64,000 bases of DNA, from the IMG/VR virus record IMGVR_UViG_3300045993_000138. One strand, given 5' to 3'. Below the pieces are notes generated by a model. It did not search any database and was not told the origin of the DNA. It worked only from the letters and a program-made list of their open reading frames with translations. The stretch is from a virus (taxonomy: Duplodnaviria; Heunggongvirae; Uroviricota; Caudoviricetes). Below, piece by piece: positions 61,197 through 64,000 of the stretch. How positions within the stretch are numbered: position 1 is the stretch's first letter; the number at the start of each line of letters is the position of its first letter. The translations under genes were made by a program, and so were the position numbers.

Positions 61197-61842
61197 GACC
61201 ATCGACAAACATAGACTCATGGCTGCATATCTTGCGGCAGAGTCCCGCGTGAATGTCGCAGAGAAGATTCTGCGACATTCCATGCATTTGTATCATGAGC
61301 GTGGGCAACCTCCTGAATTGGCAAAGAAAATTGAAGTTTACTTCGTTTCTTACGAACAGGAACAGAATCAGTTCATACATATCAAGAAACTGCTGCACAA
61401 ATACCTAGATTCTAGACTCCTGCAAGTCTTTGATATTAAATGAGTTTTTGTTGTTGTGTTTCTCACCCAATATGGTATTATAAGACATGGATAAGATAAT
61501 TGACAAGCCGAACTTCCTTGAGAAGTCCAAGCGTCGCAACCCTCTCGTAAAGGTTCTGAGAACCGACGAGTATTTCAGACAGAGAATCGAGCGTAGCGCG
61601 AAGGCGTATACCCGAAAGGAGAAGTATCGTGCGTGGTAAGTATCCTCAGTTTCATGGTAGCCCGCATGATCGTGGTGGTGCCGATGCATACTATGATCGT
61701 CCGAAGGATCCGCATTGGTATCCCGAGGGTTCATACAATGGTCGCCGCATCCCTGAGTCTGAAATGACTGCGGATGAAGTGGAAGCGTATCACTACGGCT
61801 ATGATAACAATCAGGCTGGCAAAAAGGATTGGGGTTAAGATC

Positions 61843-62028
61843 ATGCGTAATTACATAATCGTGTACATGACCGATGGCGCGTCGCGCATCCGATACATGG
61901 GTCCGTTCATTTCATCTGTGGATGCCGACAACTATCTGCGCGAGAATGAGAAGTATTTCCCGTTCGGTGCGTATGTCGCAGAACTGCGTCCGTTCGGTGA
62001 TTTCTCAGAGACTCCTTACTACCAGTAA
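61843..62028 (+). CDS. Hypothetical protein
   Basis: ATG 61843. Confidence 0.3.
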   Translation: MRNYIIVYMTDGASRIRYMGPFISSVDADNYLRENEKYFPFGAYVAELRPFGDFSETPYYQ

Positions 62029-62056
62029 GTCATTGATATTACAGCGATTTTTGCTA

Positions 62057-62084
62057 TTGCAAAACAATACAGAATTGCTATAAT
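62057..62084 (+). promoter_or_regulatory. Promoter-leader cassette B copy 2
   Basis: TTGCAA-N16-TATAAT followed by GAATCATAGAGTTAGGAAATAGAGAAATCCC-ATG. Confidence 0.5.
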
Positions 62085-62115
62085 GAATCATAGAGTTAGG
62101 AAATAGAGAAATCCC

Positions 62116-62310
62116 ATGAGTATGAAGACCGTCAGCAATCGCGAAGCGAATCGAATTGTCCGTGAGCGCATTAATCTCAAGATTTCGATTGAGCGTGCCA
62201 AATCGGCACTAGAGGGTGCCAGAGAAACTCTGTCACAAGCTAGGGGTCGCGTAGCCTTTCAGAAAAAGACTCTGGAACAACTCAAGCAATTGCTCAAGGA
62301 AACCAAGTAA
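62116..62310 (+). CDS. Hypothetical coiled-coil protein
   Basis: Starts MSMKTV, directly after the cassette. Confidence 0.35.
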   Translation: MSMKTVSNREANRIVRERINLKISIERAKSALEGARETLSQARGRVAFQKKTLEQLKQLLKETK

Positions 62311-62634
62311 AATGAAAGGGTTCAAAACTGGCACGTTTCTTGTCGCATGTCTCGGAATGTTTCCTGAGACTGTGCTGATGGATACCATCGAAGGCATTCA
62401 AACTGTAGTCAAGCGCAAGGGTCTGACTGCTGAAAACTATCACGTTTTCCGAATCAATGGGAATGGATACATTCAGCGTTGCAATCTGTCTGGTAGGATC
62501 ATCTAAGTGATTCATAAGTCTCAAGTTTTTCTGCTGTTTGCATTGCTTGCTCTGATTTGGGGACACTGGCTGGCTGTCATAATCTTCATGATCTTCTTTG
62601 CGCTATGTGATTGATATCTAAAGGATTTATTCAC

Positions 62635-62662
62635 TTGCATTTCTTAATGGGAATGCTATAAT
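62635..62662 (+). promoter_or_regulatory. Promoter-leader cassette B copy 3
   Basis: Leader identical to copy 2 through the first six codons (ATGAGTAT(G/C)AAGACCGTC). Confidence 0.5.
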
Positions 62663-62693
62663 GAATCATAGAGTTAGGAAATAGAGAAATCCC

Positions 62694-63068
62694 ATGAGTA
62701 TCAAGACCGTCGATTGCACCATCAACTTCGTTGCCCGAAAAGTTCTGGCACAGGTCAAGCGTAACCTCAAGGCATACGCTTGCACGGGTGAGGCTGCGAT
62801 TGAACTGTATGTCAATGGTCGCGAGCGTGGCTTTGCCATCACTACGATCAAGGGGGTGGTTGCATTCTCTGAGGCACGTTGCAGTGACGAGATTGTGGTC
62901 TATCAGGGTGCGCGGAATCAATTCGCATGGGGTACGTATATCCCGAATGATGAGGTCTACAATGACTCCACCATGTTCAGGGGCGACAAGATTCAGGCTG
63001 CGGCGCGATTCATTTCGAGCATGGTTGCTGCCAACTGCCGCGACGATGACTACAACTTCATTAAGTAA
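62694..63068 (+). CDS. Hypothetical protein
   Basis: Starts MSIKTV. Confidence 0.35.
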   Translation: MSIKTVDCTINFVARKVLAQVKRNLKAYACTGEAAIELYVNGRERGFAITTIKGVVAFSEARCSDEIVVYQGARNQFAWGTYIPNDEVYNDSTMFRGDKIQAAARFISSMVAANCRDDDYNFIK

Positions 63069-63092
63069 TTGATTCCTAAAGGATTTATTCAC

Positions 63093-63120
63093 TTGCATTT
63101 CTTAATCGAAATGCTATAAT
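63093..63120 (+). promoter_or_regulatory. Promoter-leader cassette B copy 4
   Basis: TTGCAT-N16-TATAAT. Confidence 0.5.
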
Positions 63121-63151
63121 GAATCATAGGTTAAGGAAATCGGAAAAGATC

Positions 63152-63511
63152 ATGGCTAAGTCAACTAACAACTTCATTCTCATTTACAGCATGTCCCTGT
63201 ACCGCGTCGAATCGCGCTACAAGAATGCCTACAAGTACGAAGGCGTGGCACTGCGCCGCAAGCTTGAGATCAGCCTTAAGGAATGGACTCGCTACGTGGA
63301 AGAACTGAAGCGTGCGAAGGCTGCTGGTTATGATCATCGTGGCGATGCTCCCGAAGAAATGGTTGTCATGGAAGAGCGTGAATACGCGAAGCTCATCAAG
63401 GGCAAGGGTGAGTGGAAGGAAAATCTTCTGGGCAATGGCAAGAAGATCTGGGTTGCCTTTGACACTCCCGCGTGTTGCGATCCGTCCACTGAAACCTACC
63501 ATTGCATGTAA
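63152..63511 (+). CDS. Hypothetical protein
   Basis: Trimmed to ATG 63152 (MAKSTNN). The track start at 63119 lies inside the -10 region. Confidence 0.35.
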   Translation: MAKSTNNFILIYSMSLYRVESRYKNAYKYEGVALRRKLEISLKEWTRYVEELKRAKAAGYDHRGDAPEEMVVMEEREYAKLIKGKGEWKENLLGNGKKIWVAFDTPACCDPSTETYHCM

Positions 63512-63530
63512 TATGTTTATTGTAACTCCA

Positions 63531-63722
63531 ATGATGAATCGCACGGATACCTCAATGAGTACACTCAAGATCAATGATCGTGTTCGCTACACCGAATGCG
63601 GTCGATACCTCACGGGTTGCCGTGGATGGATCAAGGATATTGTAGGTGAAAACATCTATGTCTCTTTCGGATTCGAAAATGACTGGTGGGTTCATCGTGA
63701 GACTTTGGAGAAGATTTCGTGA
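63531..63722 (+). CDS. Hypothetical protein
   Basis: Trimmed to ATG 63531. Confidence 0.3.
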   Translation: MMNRTDTSMSTLKINDRVRYTECGRYLTGCRGWIKDIVGENIYVSFGFENDWWVHRETLEKIS

Positions 63723-64000
63723 ACGTATTACATAATCTCGGAATGTGGTTAGAAAACAACATATTCCCTATTCTATTCGGAATGGTTCTTGCACTGTTTT
63801 TGTGCTGGACAACTCATGGTGACAGGACACTCTGCGGATTCTTCTGAAAAAACTTGACAAGTACTTGAATCTGTTATACAATGTCTGTGTAGCAGATCAA
63901 TGAATAGTATTAAACATAATAACTCTTATGTTAAATCCCTGATAGTTCCTGAGCATTCTGTGAGTTACTGAATTTACTGAAGTTTATTCACTTGTGTATT

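Noticed and set aside
62631-63574. Minus-strand ORFs 62631-63098 and 63161-63574
   Set aside because: They are antisense to + strand genes that have their own promoters, RBSs and starts. They have no start context and are likely spurious.
60339-64000. Possible CRISPR array from the recurring TTTATTCACTTGCA...TGCTATAATGAATCATAG repeats
   Set aside because: The repeat spacing is irregular (about 0.45-1.7 kb) and each copy is followed by an ORF with an RBS. The units contain -35 and -10 hexamers, so they are promoter-leader cassettes, not CRISPR repeats.

Overview
The window reads as a contiguous, gene-dense piece of a large AT-rich (~40% GC) dsDNA bacteriophage genome. Almost all genes are on the + strand, with short overlaps of the ATGA/TAATG type between neighbours. 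Several T4-superfamily hallmarks are present: a gp61-like primase, a T4-type endonuclease VII, an ATP-dependent DNA ligase, a tRNA cluster, many sigma70-type early promoters (TTGACT-N16/17-TATAAT) and abundant free-standing HNH and GIY-YIG homing endonucleases.

Five elements stand out.
(1) A class II ribonucleotide reductase gene (nrdJ) is fractured by a split intein, with a free-standing HNH endonuclease gene between the N- and C-intein halves. thyX sits just upstream.
(2) A tRNA region holds four tRNAs. Next to them, a promoter-driven ~450-nt noncoding locus ends in a circularly permuted tRNA-like module. It lies immediately upstream of a TROVE/vWA (Ro60/Rsr-like) gene, which is the arrangement expected for a bacterial Y RNA plus Rsr pair.
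(3) A carbohydrate module includes an LpxH-family phosphoesterase, a GT4, a tandem-domain GT25, a TPR-GT17-methyltransferase fusion and a UDP-glucuronate decarboxylase.
(4) Near the right end, a TPR/beta-barrel outer-membrane lipoprotein is followed by two multiheme (5 and 7 CxxCH) c-type cytochromes and an HD-GYP phosphodiesterase. This resembles a porin-cytochrome electron conduit plus c-di-GMP signalling and is very unusual cargo for a phage.
(5) Several families of repeated promoter-leader cassettes occur, some extending into the first codons, which points to modular shuffling in a hyperplastic region.

Two segments with GC-rich, GC3-biased codon usage (38.99-39.52 kb; 58.84-59.2 kb) look recently acquired. 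Most remaining ORFs are small hypothetical early-type genes. Their coordinates come from the ORF track, trimmed to plausible starts where needed.
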